Below are positions 9,719 through 19,076 of a DNA stretch of 64,000 bases, one piece after another; positions within the stretch are counted from its first letter, which is position 1, and each line of letters opens with the position of its first letter. Below the pieces are notes generated by a model. That model saw only the letters and a list, made by a program, of their open reading frames with translations. It did no database searches and was not told the DNA's origin. The translations under genes were made by a program, and so were the position numbers. The stretch spans positions 15,597-79,596 of the forward strand of contig JAVBKE010000023.1 of NCBI GenBank assembly GCA_031554185.1, in the 5' to 3' direction. Source of the DNA: Bacillales bacterium (GTDB lineage: Bacteria > Bacillota > Bacilli > JARBTR01).

Positions 9719-11617
9719 ATGACATTACAAGAATTTAAAAACTGGGGACTTTCACAAGGTGGAAACATCGGAAAATACAATGATGGTGGTTTTCCTGGTG
9801 AATGTGTAAGTTTTGTAAACCAATATTGTTACCGAGTGTTAAATGTTCCAGCTGGAGCATGGGGTCATGCTAAATCATGGGGAGACAATCAAGCCTCTCT
9901 TGCATATTTTGATATTGTTGGTGACATTCGTCCAGGAGACATCATTGTTTACCCAGATATGGGTGGTGGAGTTTATGGACACATCGAAGTCGCTCTTGAT
10001 GCTTCTACCGGAATCGATCAAAACGGACGAGCTGGTGCAGGACGAGTTGGAGTAGGTGGTTGGTTCGCAGGAAGAAAAAGAATTCTTCGTAAAAAAGGTG
10101 GACAAACTCTTGAGTCTAATCAGCGTCAAACAATTAATTCAACTATTAATCAAAGGTCTCAACCCACTACTAAGTCAGAAGTTAAGGGGACACTTGATCC
10201 AAATGTAGTTGGAACATTTAAAGGTTTCGTTCACGGAGAGGCAGTCGAAGGAAGCGACATTTGGTTTGTTGGAAACTTCTCTGGTTTATATTCTCACTCA
10301 AGTGGATTCACCAACTCAGGAACATCAGGGCTTCAAGACTTAACAGTATATGAAACTATTAAGCCTACTGAAAGAAAAGTTGCATTCGATGGAGTAACAT
10401 TCAGATCAGGGGCAAGTCGAGGATCTAGCGCGATTGCTTCTTATAACACCGGAGATGTCATCGACATGAAAGGCTGGGTTTACGGAGAAGAAGTTACAAC
10501 TGATGGAGGAAAATCAAATATCTGGTTTGTTTCATCTCTTCGAGGACTATATGCGCACTCAACACTATTTACAGATAAAAATGCTCATGATCTCTCTGAC
10601 TTGAATCCAAAAGATCCAGGTCCATCGGCTCCAGAAGAAGAGTTAAAATATCCTGAATATACGACTGATAAAAAAGTCACTGAAGTCGTGAACAAAAAAC
10701 ACCCGAATAATCCAATCACTTATGGCCCATCTGACTTGTCAACTGTCAATGGTCAAAAGCTTCGAAAAGAAACTGCAGAAGCTCTAGCAATGATGAACGA
10801 GGCTATAAAAAAAGAAAACATGTCATTGATAGTTGTAAGTGGATTCAGAACATTTGACTACCAGCAACAGCTTTACACAAATTACGTAAAACAAGATGGA
10901 ATTGAAGCAGCTGACAGGTACTCAGCTAGAGCTGGATATTCAGAGCACCAAACTGGTTTGACAGCTGATTTAAATGATATTGATGACAAGTTCAAAAATA
11001 CAAAAGAATACTCATGGCTTGTAAAAAACGCATACAAGTATGGATTCATACTTAGATATCCTGACGGAGAAGAATCTGTTACAGGTTATATGTATGAACC
11101 TTGGCACTGGAGATATGCTGGTGTAGAAGTAGCCACTGATATGAAAAATAAGAATGTTTCTACACTTGAACGATATTACGACATCTCTGGTGGAGATTAT
11201 TACAAAGAGAATCCAACTCCAACACCAGACCCTGACCCAGAGCCAACTCCAGGTCCTGATCCGACTCCAGATCCTGACCCTACGCCTGATCCTAACCCTG
11301 AACCAACTCCAGACCCTGAGCCCGAGCCTGAAATACCTGGTACAATAGCTATTGAGGAAATGAAAAAATTGAAAGAAGATCTCGACAAAGCTATTAACCA
11401 GGTTGAAAACCAAGAAGATGTTCCATCTGTAAGTGACAACGTCAGACACATTGCATATTGGATATTTGATGGTTTATTGTTGATTGCTCCAATCATTGGT
11501 ATGTTGATGATTTATCCTCAACTTCCTCCAGCAGCTATGCCAATCGCAGTAGCGACAATTCTTACAGCTTTTGCAAATGCAGGATTAACGCTTTTCCAAC
11601 TCAATAAGAAAAAGTAG
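9719..11617 (+). CDS. multidomain peptidoglycan hydrolase (lysin): CHAP + 2 SH3-like repeats + M15/VanY D-Ala-D-Ala carboxypeptidase + PT-rich linker + C-terminal 2-TM tail
   Basis: N-term FPGECVSFVNQYCY..GHIEVAL (CHAP Cys/His); two ~45-aa repeats GxxxGEAVEGSDIWFVxxxxGLYxHS; SGFRTFDYQQQLY..YSEHQTGLTADL..EPWHWRY (VanY/M15); PTPDPDPEPTP linker; hydrophobic C-terminus ending KKK. Confidence 0.8.
   Translation: MTLQEFKNWGLSQGGNIGKYNDGGFPGECVSFVNQYCYRVLNVPAGAWGHAKSWGDNQASLAYFDIVGDIRPGDIIVYPDMGGGVYGHIEVALDASTGIDQNGRAGAGRVGVGGWFAGRKRILRKKGGQTLESNQRQTINSTINQRSQPTTKSEVKGTLDPNVVGTFKGFVHGEAVEGSDIWFVGNFSGLYSHSSGFTNSGTSGLQDLTVYETIKPTERKVAFDGVTFRSGASRGSSAIASYNTGDVIDMKGWVYGEEVTTDGGKSNIWFVSSLRGLYAHSTLFTDKNAHDLSDLNPKDPGPSAPEEELKYPEYTTDKKVTEVVNKKHPNNPITYGPSDLSTVNGQKLRKETAEALAMMNEAIKKENMSLIVVSGFRTFDYQQQLYTNYVKQDGIEAADRYSARAGYSEHQTGLTADLNDIDDKFKNTKEYSWLVKNAYKYGFILRYPDGEESVTGYMYEPWHWRYAGVEVATDMKNKNVSTLERYYDISGGDYYKENPTPTPDPDPEPTPGPDPTPDPDPTPDPNPEPTPDPEPEPEIPGTIAIEEMKKLKEDLDKAINQVENQEDVPSVSDNVRHIAYWIFDGLLLIAPIIGMLMIYPQLPPAAMPIAVATILTAFANAGLTLFQLNKKK
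11222..11335 (+). repeat. imperfect 6-nt tandem repeats (cct gac cca gag ...) encoding the PT/PD/PE linker
   Basis: low-complexity DNA visible in sequence; coding. Confidence 0.7.
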
Positions 11618-11644
11618 GCAACTACACATATTAAATTAAAAATT

Positions 11645-11668
11645 AGGAGCTCTGCAGGGCTCCTTTTT
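11645..11668. terminator. rho-independent terminator between convergent lysin and terminase genes
   Basis: aggagc-tctgcagg-gctcct hairpin followed by TTTTT. Confidence 0.55.
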
Positions 11669-11733
11669 AAATTCTAGCCATATCCAGGAGCTGGCAGAGA
11701 CACTTTCTTTCGATAGACAATAATATACTTATC

Positions 11734-13125
11734 TTAAAGAATTGTGATCCTGGATCGTCTCTTGAACATCATCTCTCTACGACAAAAACTAGCAATCATC
11801 AAACTATCAGCGAAGTCAGGACTTCTTCCGATCTTCAGTTTAAGTTTATCTTTTGGAACGACTTTCGGATCTTGATTGTCCATGTCATATGTGTGAGCAG
11901 AAAGTTCTCTTCGAAGCTCATCTAAAGAACTTAATGATTTAAGAATTCTGACTGAACAAGAGTCAAAGTCAAGATACAAGTTGTAGTAGTTTTCGCTCCT
12001 ACTTTTTCCTGTTGCTTTGTAGTCAGTAATCTGCCATCCTTTAGCTCTCATCATGTCTCTCATTCCAACTCCGACACCGTTAGATTCAATTGCGATATTT
12101 CGAGATTCTCTTCGAGTGAATCCGTGGTTTTCGGCAAATCGACTTAATTCATCTGCATATAATCTAGAAAGTGGAGCGTCTGGGTTTGATTTATCGATTT
12201 TTAGTGATCTTTGATCAGTGACAACTCCGTTTTCGATTAAAGTAACTACTGTTTCATCTTTTCCACCGTCTGCGACGTCAACGCCTATGAACTTATTGAA
12301 TTTTTCTTCTGATTCAGGAATGTCGTATGTCATTGCTTTCATTAAAATGTCAGGTGGGAATAAAGAGTCGTCCTCAGAGTAATAGTCCCAGTTTCCATCA
12401 AGCAATCGTTTTCTTTCTCGATCAGGAAGAGTCTTCAGAGTTTCAATGTAGTTTTTGCTGATGAATGGGTTATCAAAAACACTCATTCTTAGGAATGCCC
12501 TGTATGACGGAAGTTTTTCTCCTGTTTGGCTAATGTAGTCTCCGATTTGCCATTTTTGAAACTCTCCAGCTCCAGCTTGTTCATATGGATCATAATACTC
12601 TTGTCTCAAAAAGTTTTGAGATGGGTTGCACGAAAGAATCAACTTTCCGGGAATTTTTAATTTTTGACAAATAGGTCCACGACCAACCCTAGATTTTACA
12701 GCATTTTTCGCAGAAACAACAATCTCACCAGCTTCATCGATAAATGCGAAATCGATCCCTAAAGATCCGAGTTTCGAATAATCAGGATCTGATGGTGAAT
12801 AATCAAGATCCATCAAAATAATTTTTGACCCATTTTTGTACCAAATTTCACCAAGCTGTCCCTTAAACTCAAAATCTGAATCTGTAATTCCTAGTGCTGG
12901 GTGAACTTCAGATAAAAGTGTCGACAAGGTCGTTCGTCTAAGGGAAACTCCTGTTTTTCTGAAAATAAAGTTTTTCATTCCAGCGTACTCTTTGCAAAGT
13001 AAAGCAGCGATCATTCCCATAGTGAATGTTTTCGACCCACCACCCGATCCTCCAACTAGAAGTTCTATAATCGATGGATCATGAGCAATTTCAATTGCAT
13101 ATTTTTGTTTTTCTGATACAATCAC
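11734..13125 (-). CDS. terL: terminase large subunit
   Basis: Walker A VGGSGGGSKT, Walker B IDFAFIDEAGE, C-terminal RNaseH-like nuclease acidic residues; GTG start 3 nt after upstream stop. Confidence 0.8.
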   Translation of the reverse strand: MIVSEKQKYAIEIAHDPSIIELLVGGSGGGSKTFTMGMIAALLCKEYAGMKNFIFRKTGVSLRRTTLSTLLSEVHPALGITDSDFEFKGQLGEIWYKNGSKIILMDLDYSPSDPDYSKLGSLGIDFAFIDEAGEIVVSAKNAVKSRVGRGPICQKLKIPGKLILSCNPSQNFLRQEYYDPYEQAGAGEFQKWQIGDYISQTGEKLPSYRAFLRMSVFDNPFISKNYIETLKTLPDRERKRLLDGNWDYYSEDDSLFPPDILMKAMTYDIPESEEKFNKFIGVDVADGGKDETVVTLIENGVVTDQRSLKIDKSNPDAPLSRLYADELSRFAENHGFTRRESRNIAIESNGVGVGMRDMMRAKGWQITDYKATGKSRSENYYNLYLDFDSCSVRILKSLSSLDELRRELSAHTYDMDNQDPKVVPKDKLKLKIGRSPDFADSLMIASFCRREMMFKRRSRITIL

Positions 13126-13128
13126 AAT

Positions 13129-13626
13129 TTACTCTTCTTTAGTTGTAGGTGCAACCTCGAATACGATTGTTGTTTTATCAAAGAACCCTTCTGTGTTGAC
13201 ATTAACATCAACTTTATCACCATATCCAAGTTTTCTCAAGAATTCAGCGGCTCGGATATCACCTTTCATTGCTCTAACAAGCATGATTGCAGGAATTAAC
13301 TCTCCAGCAGTTTTATTGTCAAGAGAATCAGCATATACTGGAAACTTTCCATCTTTAAAAACTGACTTAGCGAACTCTTCATCGTTCAACAGTTCTCGAA
13401 CTTTAGTTGACCAGTCCTTCAACTCTTTTCTTTTTTTATTAGATGCCACTTGAGCTTTTTGTCTAACTTTTTCTGCTTTTTCTGGATCTGTTTGAGCACC
13501 AAATTGTCCTTTTTCATGAATATGAAGATTTTTCATTCTTCTCTCTTCAACAGCCAACTCTTCACTTGGTGTATTTTTAATTCGGATTAAGTCTTCTTTA
13601 GAAAACTTTCCTTTCATTGCTCCCAT
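13129..13626 (-). CDS. putative terminase small subunit
   Basis: 165-aa ORF immediately upstream of terL on same strand; position-based. Confidence 0.4.
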   Translation of the reverse strand: MGAMKGKFSKEDLIRIKNTPSEELAVEERRMKNLHIHEKGQFGAQTDPEKAEKVRQKAQVASNKKRKELKDWSTKVRELLNDEEFAKSVFKDGKFPVYADSLDNKTAGELIPAIMLVRAMKGDIRAAEFLRKLGYGDKVDVNVNTEGFFDKTTIVFEVAPTTKEE

Positions 13627-13690
13627 TCGTCCATCCTCCGATGTTTATTTTTCCTTTCTATTTTATAATATTTATCTTTTGTGTCGTTTT

Positions 13691-15019
13691 TTATTCGAAC
13701 GATGGAGTGTCTTTGTCTTTTCGAAGTCGAACAAATGTTGGGAATCGAAGAGATTTTTTCCCATCTTTGTCTTGACATTCTTCCATGAATTTTACTTCTA
13801 TGATCTGTCCAAGCATATGGTCTTTAACTTTCCAAAAAATATCTCTTTCAGTATCTGTAAACCCTGACCCAACTCCTACGACACTTCCATCTTTGTACAT
13901 GACGTCAAAAGCACCAAGCTTGTTTCCGTTTTTATGCTCTTTATAACCCACGATTCGAAGGTCGACAGTGTTTTCTGATTTAACTTTAAAAATATTTTTA
14001 GATCGTTTCTTTTCGTATATCGAGTTCAATTTTCTAACAACTAATCCTTCACCGCCAGAATCAAATTCTTTCGATGCAAGTTTTTCGATTCCATGAGATG
14101 AACTTTTGATATCGACAACAGGAACCATAAAAATAGTTTGATATCTTTGGCTGATTATCAATGAATATTTGTCCAATTGCATTTTTATATAGGTCATTTC
14201 CATTTCATGAGTCATGTAGAATGTTTCGTTGTCAAAATCATTCAAAGGAGAGTAAGCGAATATGTTGTGTATAATATTTCTTTTTTCTCCTTTCGTGTTC
14301 ATCATTCCAGAAGTTCGTCGATAGATTTCTTTTCTATCATTCGTCGTCTTATTTCCTTCTGGAAAATAAATTGCTTCTCCGAAATAGTAGCCATTTGAAA
14401 AGTGTTTGTAGTGCTCTTGAAGAGTCAGTAAATCGTCAACAGTTTTTCCTTGCCTCGTTATAAATTGAACATTTCCATCTTGAACTCGAGCTGTCAAGTT
14501 GACTCCATCTAGTTTTTTAGTGACAGAAATTGGCTCATCGATAATTTTATCAGGGAACTTAGAGCACAACATGATTTCGAATTTTGGAATTAATCCATGA
14601 AAAACTTGATTGACAGTAGTCATCGATATTCCAATTGGACAATCTTTAGTTGCAAGATAATAAATTAATTGAGCTCCAGCTTTATCTCCACGCAACATAA
14701 ACAAATCGTACCTTGATTTGAAGTATTGTTTCCATTCATGCCTTGAGTTCGAAGTGCTTACTGTGAAGAGGAAAACTCCATATGGTTTGATTCCTAAAGA
14801 CTCTGGTGGGATAGATCCTTCACACACTGTGTCAAAAAACGCTGCTCGTCCAATTCCAGAATTTCTAGCGGGATCAAAAATAAGTTTCAAAGTTGATTTG
14901 AATAAATCATTTGTTTTTCCAGAAAGCAATATTTCTTTTTTTTTGTTTGTTCCCTTTGCATTTTTAATATCGTTTAATAGTCTAGCAGAGGTTATAAAAT
15001 CATCGTCGACTTCATACAT
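13691..15019 (-). CDS. ATP-dependent nucleic acid ligase (DNA or RNA ligase, covalent nucleotidyltransferase superfamily)
   Basis: motif I KKLDGVN (KxDG), motif IV EGLVVRK, motif V IFKVK, 442 aa. Confidence 0.55.
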   Translation of the reverse strand: MYEVDDDFITSARLLNDIKNAKGTNKKKEILLSGKTNDLFKSTLKLIFDPARNSGIGRAAFFDTVCEGSIPPESLGIKPYGVFLFTVSTSNSRHEWKQYFKSRYDLFMLRGDKAGAQLIYYLATKDCPIGISMTTVNQVFHGLIPKFEIMLCSKFPDKIIDEPISVTKKLDGVNLTARVQDGNVQFITRQGKTVDDLLTLQEHYKHFSNGYYFGEAIYFPEGNKTTNDRKEIYRRTSGMMNTKGEKRNIIHNIFAYSPLNDFDNETFYMTHEMEMTYIKMQLDKYSLIISQRYQTIFMVPVVDIKSSSHGIEKLASKEFDSGGEGLVVRKLNSIYEKKRSKNIFKVKSENTVDLRIVGYKEHKNGNKLGAFDVMYKDGSVVGVGSGFTDTERDIFWKVKDHMLGQIIEVKFMEECQDKDGKKSLRFPTFVRLRKDKDTPSFE

Positions 15020-15227
15020 TTAGTTTGTCCTCATAAGATCTTTTTAATTTACAATAATCAATAAACATTTTTTCATCTCTTTCGATCTTTATAAAAAGTT
15101 CGTCTAAGTAATTATTTATTCGTTTTTCGTCAAACTCCAAATCATCACAGATTTTTTCTTCATAAAGATTAAAAATGTTAGAGATAGCAAATAGTTCAAC
15201 TTGGCAATCTAGTGAAAGATTATTCAT
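15012..15227 (-). CDS. hypothetical protein
   Basis: 71-aa ORF in tightly packed leftward early block. Confidence 0.35.
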   Translation of the reverse strand: MNNLSLDCQVELFAISNIFNLYEEKICDDLEFDEKRINNYLDELFIKIERDEKMFIDYCKLKRSYEDKLNV

Positions 15228-15664
15228 TTCTCCTCCTTTGATAATTCAGCTAACCCATATTTTTTAACTAGTCTATCTAGTGGATAATCATCTTTAGGCC
15301 ATTGGCAGGTACTGAGCATTGAACGGTTACGGAACTCGTTAGCTGTTATTCTTTCTTCAAACCAACTGAATTTGTAGTTACTCCTATCCCAGCCATCAGG
15401 GTCTAAGATCTGGAATACTGGACTTTCAACCAACCTAACCCAGTCAGAACTTGTTAGTTTGATTACCGCCTTATCTACTTGTTGTTGGACTAGGGTGTCA
15501 ACATATTTATAGATAGCCTCTAGCTCAATCCTGCTGCGGTCGAACTCATCTTCGCTTGGCGGTAAGGATTCGAACTCACATTCAATTTTATCTAGGTGGC
15601 ACATACAGTAACCCATGATGTGTTCTATTCTGTCTCTAGCTTCTATATACTCTGGGTCGTTCAT
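15224..15664 (-). CDS. hypothetical protein
   Basis: 146-aa ORF, start/stop overlap with neighbours. Confidence 0.45.
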   Translation of the reverse strand: MNDPEYIEARDRIEHIMGYCMCHLDKIECEFESLPPSEDEFDRSRIELEAIYKYVDTLVQQQVDKAVIKLTSSDWVRLVESPVFQILDPDGWDRSNYKFSWFEERITANEFRNRSMLSTCQWPKDDYPLDRLVKKYGLAELSKEEK

Positions 15665-15978
15665 GGATGTATCCTTTTCTCTATTACTTCATAAAGTTGC
15701 CCGCCAGAAACTTTGGTGTGCTTGTTTACATGATACTTATCTTCACGATAATCTGTGTCATCTTTACAATTCACCCATATTGCCATCTCTGGATGACCAT
15801 CTTGTGAATGTTGGTTAGCAAATGACGGTGTGTATTTGTTCCATAATTCTTTGGCTTCTGCAAAAGTAATCAGTTTTGTGTTCTTGACCATTACATAACC
15901 ACCTAACGTGGCATCGTGTCTATACTGAAATAAACAATCTTTCTTCTCTGTGTCGGTTAGGTTAGTCATTATAATCAA
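15661..15978 (-). CDS. hypothetical protein
   Basis: 105-aa ORF, overlapping start/stop (coupled). Confidence 0.45.
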   Translation of the reverse strand: MIIMTNLTDTEKKDCLFQYRHDATLGGYVMVKNTKLITFAEAKELWNKYTPSFANQHSQDGHPEMAIWVNCKDDTDYREDKYHVNKHTKVSGGQLYEVIEKRIHP

Positions 15979-16171
15979 CCTCCTTAATTAGTTTTAATAA
16001 AGCTCTAGTTTTATTATCGTCACCTGAATAGATAATCTCTCCATCTACTCTAGCTTCAAAAGAATCAGAAGTTGTTTGATGTGATACTACCATTGTGTGG
16101 CCTGGACAGCCGCTATATTCACAATCGTTGTCGTGCTTGAATTTCAGAGATTCAGTTACTGTTGCCATCAC
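15962..16171 (-). CDS. hypothetical protein
   Basis: 69-aa ORF. Confidence 0.4.
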   Translation of the reverse strand: MMATVTESLKFKHDNDCEYSGCPGHTMVVSHQTTSDSFEARVDGEIIYSGDDNKTRALLKLIKEVDYND

Positions 16172-16527
16172 TCTTCCTCCAATGTTTTTAATTCTTTTTC
16201 TATTTGCTCGCCATAGAATTCAACAAAGCTAGGAATATCTAGCTCATGATATGGATCTTCATCATGAGAGCGCACTAAATCCCGTAGAACTACTCGACGA
16301 CCAGCTATAATTGCTCGCTTCATATCACGTTCTGCGCGGCAGTAGAGTTCAGTGGCTTCTGTTATAAATAACTCCGAATCTTCGCCTTTCACCAGACTTT
16401 TTTCTCCATCCCACGCATCATCGACAAAAACATGCCACCCATCGCTCTCAAAGTAGGCGATTACTTGTTGTTTTAAATAATCACTGTCAACCAATTTCGC
16501 CGAATCATTATGAATTGGTTTGTTCAT
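16168..16527 (-). CDS. hypothetical protein
   Basis: 119-aa ORF. Confidence 0.45.
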   Translation of the reverse strand: MNKPIHNDSAKLVDSDYLKQQVIAYFESDGWHVFVDDAWDGEKSLVKGEDSELFITEATELYCRAERDMKRAIIAGRRVVLRDLVRSHDEDPYHELDIPSFVEFYGEQIEKELKTLEEE

Positions 16528-16934
16528 TTCTCTACCTTCTTTTGTAGTCCATGTTTATTCTCGAATTTATTTCGATCTCTACGACCGATCCATGTATCTT
16601 TAAACTCAACTGCAGGTGGCGGAGGTGGCAGAGGTAATGGCAATTTAGTCTCTGATATCAACTCAATCTTTCTCTCTTGCAACTGTGAATCATTCAATTG
16701 TTCAAGTTCAACATCAGCTCGACCTTGCTCGTAACCACTTCGGTATTTCTCCTGTAGCTGTGCTTCAAGTTGGGAGTTGAAAAGCTGAACGAGTTCATCA
16801 GTTGCCTTGGTCTTATCCATAGCATCGAAAGAATATTCTTCTTCTTCTCCGTCCCAGCCGTAGTCAACATACTCTGCATCATCGAGTAGCTTTTCTATCT
16901 CTTTCCGCATTTTTGCCTGTGTTAATGGTTTCAC
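16524..16934 (-). CDS. hypothetical acidic protein
   Basis: 136-aa ORF. Confidence 0.45.
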   Translation of the reverse strand: MKPLTQAKMRKEIEKLLDDAEYVDYGWDGEEEEYSFDAMDKTKATDELVQLFNSQLEAQLQEKYRSGYEQGRADVELEQLNDSQLQERKIELISETKLPLPLPPPPPAVEFKDTWIGRRDRNKFENKHGLQKKVEK

Positions 16935-17164
16935 GACTTAACCTTTGTCGATTCTTTAGATTTTATCTTTAGGATTAACTCTTTCATTTCTTTACTCCCA
17001 GAAGAGAAATTAATTTCTCCTGTTTCATCTGTAAGAATTTTTTTGACATCGTCGTCTAACTCGGAGTCTTTGTAGACAAGAAAGCTAATTGGTCGATTTT
17101 GTTGGATCTTTGTTTTAATGAATTTTTTAATTTTTTGCATTGATACTGGTTTGACTGGTCCCAT
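16931..17164 (-). CDS. hypothetical protein
   Basis: 77-aa ORF. Confidence 0.4.
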   Translation of the reverse strand: MGPVKPVSMQKIKKFIKTKIQQNRPISFLVYKDSELDDDVKKILTDETGEINFSSGSKEMKELILKIKSKESTKVKS

Positions 17165-17174
17165 ATTGTTTCTC

Positions 17175-17435
17175 CTATAATTTTATTCTTCGATAAATCT
17201 CGATTTTCGCGTTATCATCAATAAACGTTACAATATTCATTGACGTAGAATTGTAATCTCTGTCTTGAATTATTCCTTTTACTTCACCTTTTGTAATTTC
17301 AAATTTTTCAAAATAGTCATTTACTTGTTTTTGTGTCACAAATGAAGTAATGTAATCAGATTTTTTTGTTCCAACATTTAATCGAAGAATCTTGTATTTG
17401 AATTTTGACGGTTTGTCTGGAGCTTGGACACTCAT
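17175..17435 (-). CDS. hypothetical protein
   Basis: 86-aa ORF. Confidence 0.4.
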   Translation of the reverse strand: MSVQAPDKPSKFKYKILRLNVGTKKSDYITSFVTQKQVNDYFEKFEITKGEVKGIIQDRDYNSTSMNIVTFIDDNAKIEIYRRIKL

Positions 17436-17692
17436 TATAAGTCATCCTCAGAATTGTCTATTTCAAACTCTTCATAGTCGATTTCATCGTTCAACTCTTC
17501 TCTTTTTAAGTTCCAGTATTCAATTTCATCAAATTCTAATTCTTCGTTAGTCAAGTGTTCGCATGTACATTTTGAAGTTGGATAAAAACAAAAGTGAGCA
17601 TGGTGCTTAGAGTCAAGAGCAATTTTAAGAACATCAACTTGATTTATCGGATCTGAAGAATTATCTTTTTCCATATACTTATTATATATCAA
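17435..17692 (-). CDS. hypothetical acidic protein
   Basis: 85-aa ORF; operator palindrome just upstream (17702-17715). Confidence 0.4.
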   Translation of the reverse strand: MIYNKYMEKDNSSDPINQVDVLKIALDSKHHAHFCFYPTSKCTCEHLTNEELEFDEIEYWNLKREELNDEIDYEEFEIDNSEDDL

Positions 17693-17701
17693 AGTAACGA
17701 A

Positions 17702-17715
17702 AAAGTAAATACTTT
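17702..17715. promoter_or_regulatory. palindromic operator-like site AAAGTAAATACTTT
   Basis: member of recurring 14-bp inverted repeat AAAGTA-WW-TACTTT. Confidence 0.4.
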
Positions 17716-17716
17716 T

Positions 17717-17989
17717 TTATTCAGTAATTGATTTCAAGCCAACTCTTTTTGCTTCCTTAAGAGGCATTAATTTTCTTGTTTTATGACAGTAAACAAAAGG
17801 AATCTCTCCTCCGATTCTTTCAGCTTCCATTTTCCATCCAGTGTATAAGGGAGTTTGTTTTGCTTCTAAAATAAATCCTAGTGTTTTTGCTTCTTCGACA
17901 AGGTTTTCAAGTCCGTTTGAACCACAGAAGATGCAATCTTTTTGATAGACAAAGATTTTTTTGTCATTCGGGTGTTTGGTTTCTTGCAT
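17717..17989 (-). CDS. hypothetical protein (possible thioredoxin/glutaredoxin-like, CxxC)
   Basis: 90-aa ORF with CIFC motif. Confidence 0.4.
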   Translation of the reverse strand: MQETKHPNDKKIFVYQKDCIFCGSNGLENLVEEAKTLGFILEAKQTPLYTGWKMEAERIGGEIPFVYCHKTRKLMPLKEAKRVGLKSITE

Positions 17990-18033
17990 TGTTTCAATTC
18001 TTTATTAAAAATCTTAATAATAGAATTATACAT
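17878..18033 (-). CDS. hypothetical small protein (uncertain, overlaps downstream gene)
   Basis: ORF track gives TTG start at 18174; first ATG gives ~51 aa; overlaps 17717-17989 by 112 nt. Confidence 0.2.
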   Translation of the reverse strand: MYNSIIKIFNKELKQCKKPNTRMTKKSLSIKKIASSVVQTDLKTLSKKQKH

Positions 18034-18155
18034 TTCTTTTTCAGGGTCGTCAGTGTCAACTATTTTATTAAATAAACATTGTCGATAAAGTATTCCATGC
18101 TTACAACAACCAGAAATACATTTTAGTTGATTGTCAGATTCTTTAGAAATCTTAA

Positions 18156-18521
18156 TCAGCACCACAAGCTCCAAAAATTCTTCGCAACAAAGTTTAATCC
18201 CTTTTGAGCATTTTTGTAAACTCTTTTTTCCGCCTTAATGTATTTGTCGATATCGTCATAATTATTTCCTTGACCGTCATTGTCGATGAATAATAGAACA
18301 GCTTCTAATGAGGCAAGAGCTTCTCTGAAATCTTTGTTCCATTTTTCTTCTGATTCATATCCAGCTGGATAACCTCGGCGACATTGACTTAAATCTTTCA
18401 TTCCTTTAACCATTACATTCAAAAGAGTCATGTCAAGATTCCAGTGGTCTTCTCTCGTATACCCAGTTCTTCCTCTTTCGATAAAAGAAGAAATTTTATT
18501 TTTTGATTTTAATACGTTCAT
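18156..18521 (-). CDS. hypothetical protein
   Basis: 121-aa ORF. Confidence 0.45.
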   Translation of the reverse strand: MNVLKSKNKISSFIERGRTGYTREDHWNLDMTLLNVMVKGMKDLSQCRRGYPAGYESEEKWNKDFREALASLEAVLLFIDNDGQGNNYDDIDKYIKAEKRVYKNAQKGLNFVAKNFWSLWC

Positions 18522-19039
18522 TTCTTATCTCCTAAACTTTCACCTAAACATCTCATACACCCAGTGTACCTGTAACCATAAGTAACCTCTAAGACACCAG
18601 CAAGAATATTGTAATCGAAAACAAGGACATCTAAGGCATCGTCATCATTTGTTGATTGCCAAACTTCAAAATCTTCTTCAACTACTTCAGACCAGTGTTT
18701 TACATCGCACCACATTTCTTCGTCATAATCTGGAGAGTTCTTTGCGATAAATCTCATTTTTTTAATTCGAGATTCACGTTTTAAGGAAATCATTTTTTTT
18801 AATTTTTCAACTTTATCTTCAAGTTTACTTATCTTTTCTCTTAATTCGTCTAATTGAGGATCCGGATCTGAAACTTCAACAATCCCCAAAACCTTATAAA
18901 GGTCTTCAATTTCTTTCATAGCGAAAATCATTCGCTCTTTGTTATGTTGCTCAGAGCATCGATTACTTCCAACAGCATGTATAGAATCTAAAAGCCAGTG
19001 ACGATTTGTTGATTGATTTTCATTATGGTCTTCGTGCAT
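18518..19039 (-). CDS. hypothetical protein
   Basis: 173-aa ORF. Confidence 0.45.
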   Translation of the reverse strand: MHEDHNENQSTNRHWLLDSIHAVGSNRCSEQHNKERMIFAMKEIEDLYKVLGIVEVSDPDPQLDELREKISKLEDKVEKLKKMISLKRESRIKKMRFIAKNSPDYDEEMWCDVKHWSEVVEEDFEVWQSTNDDDALDVLVFDYNILAGVLEVTYGYRYTGCMRCLGESLGDKK

Positions 19040-19076
19040 GATGTTATTATAACTAATTTTACATTAAAAATAAATA

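Noticed and set aside
11012-11496. Minus-strand ORFs overlapping the lysin PT-linker region
   Set aside because: Generated by the low-complexity cct/gac repeat on the opposite strand of a well-supported gene
13193-13453. Plus-strand ORF inside the terS/terL block
   Set aside because: Antisense to the terminase small-subunit ORF; no RBS
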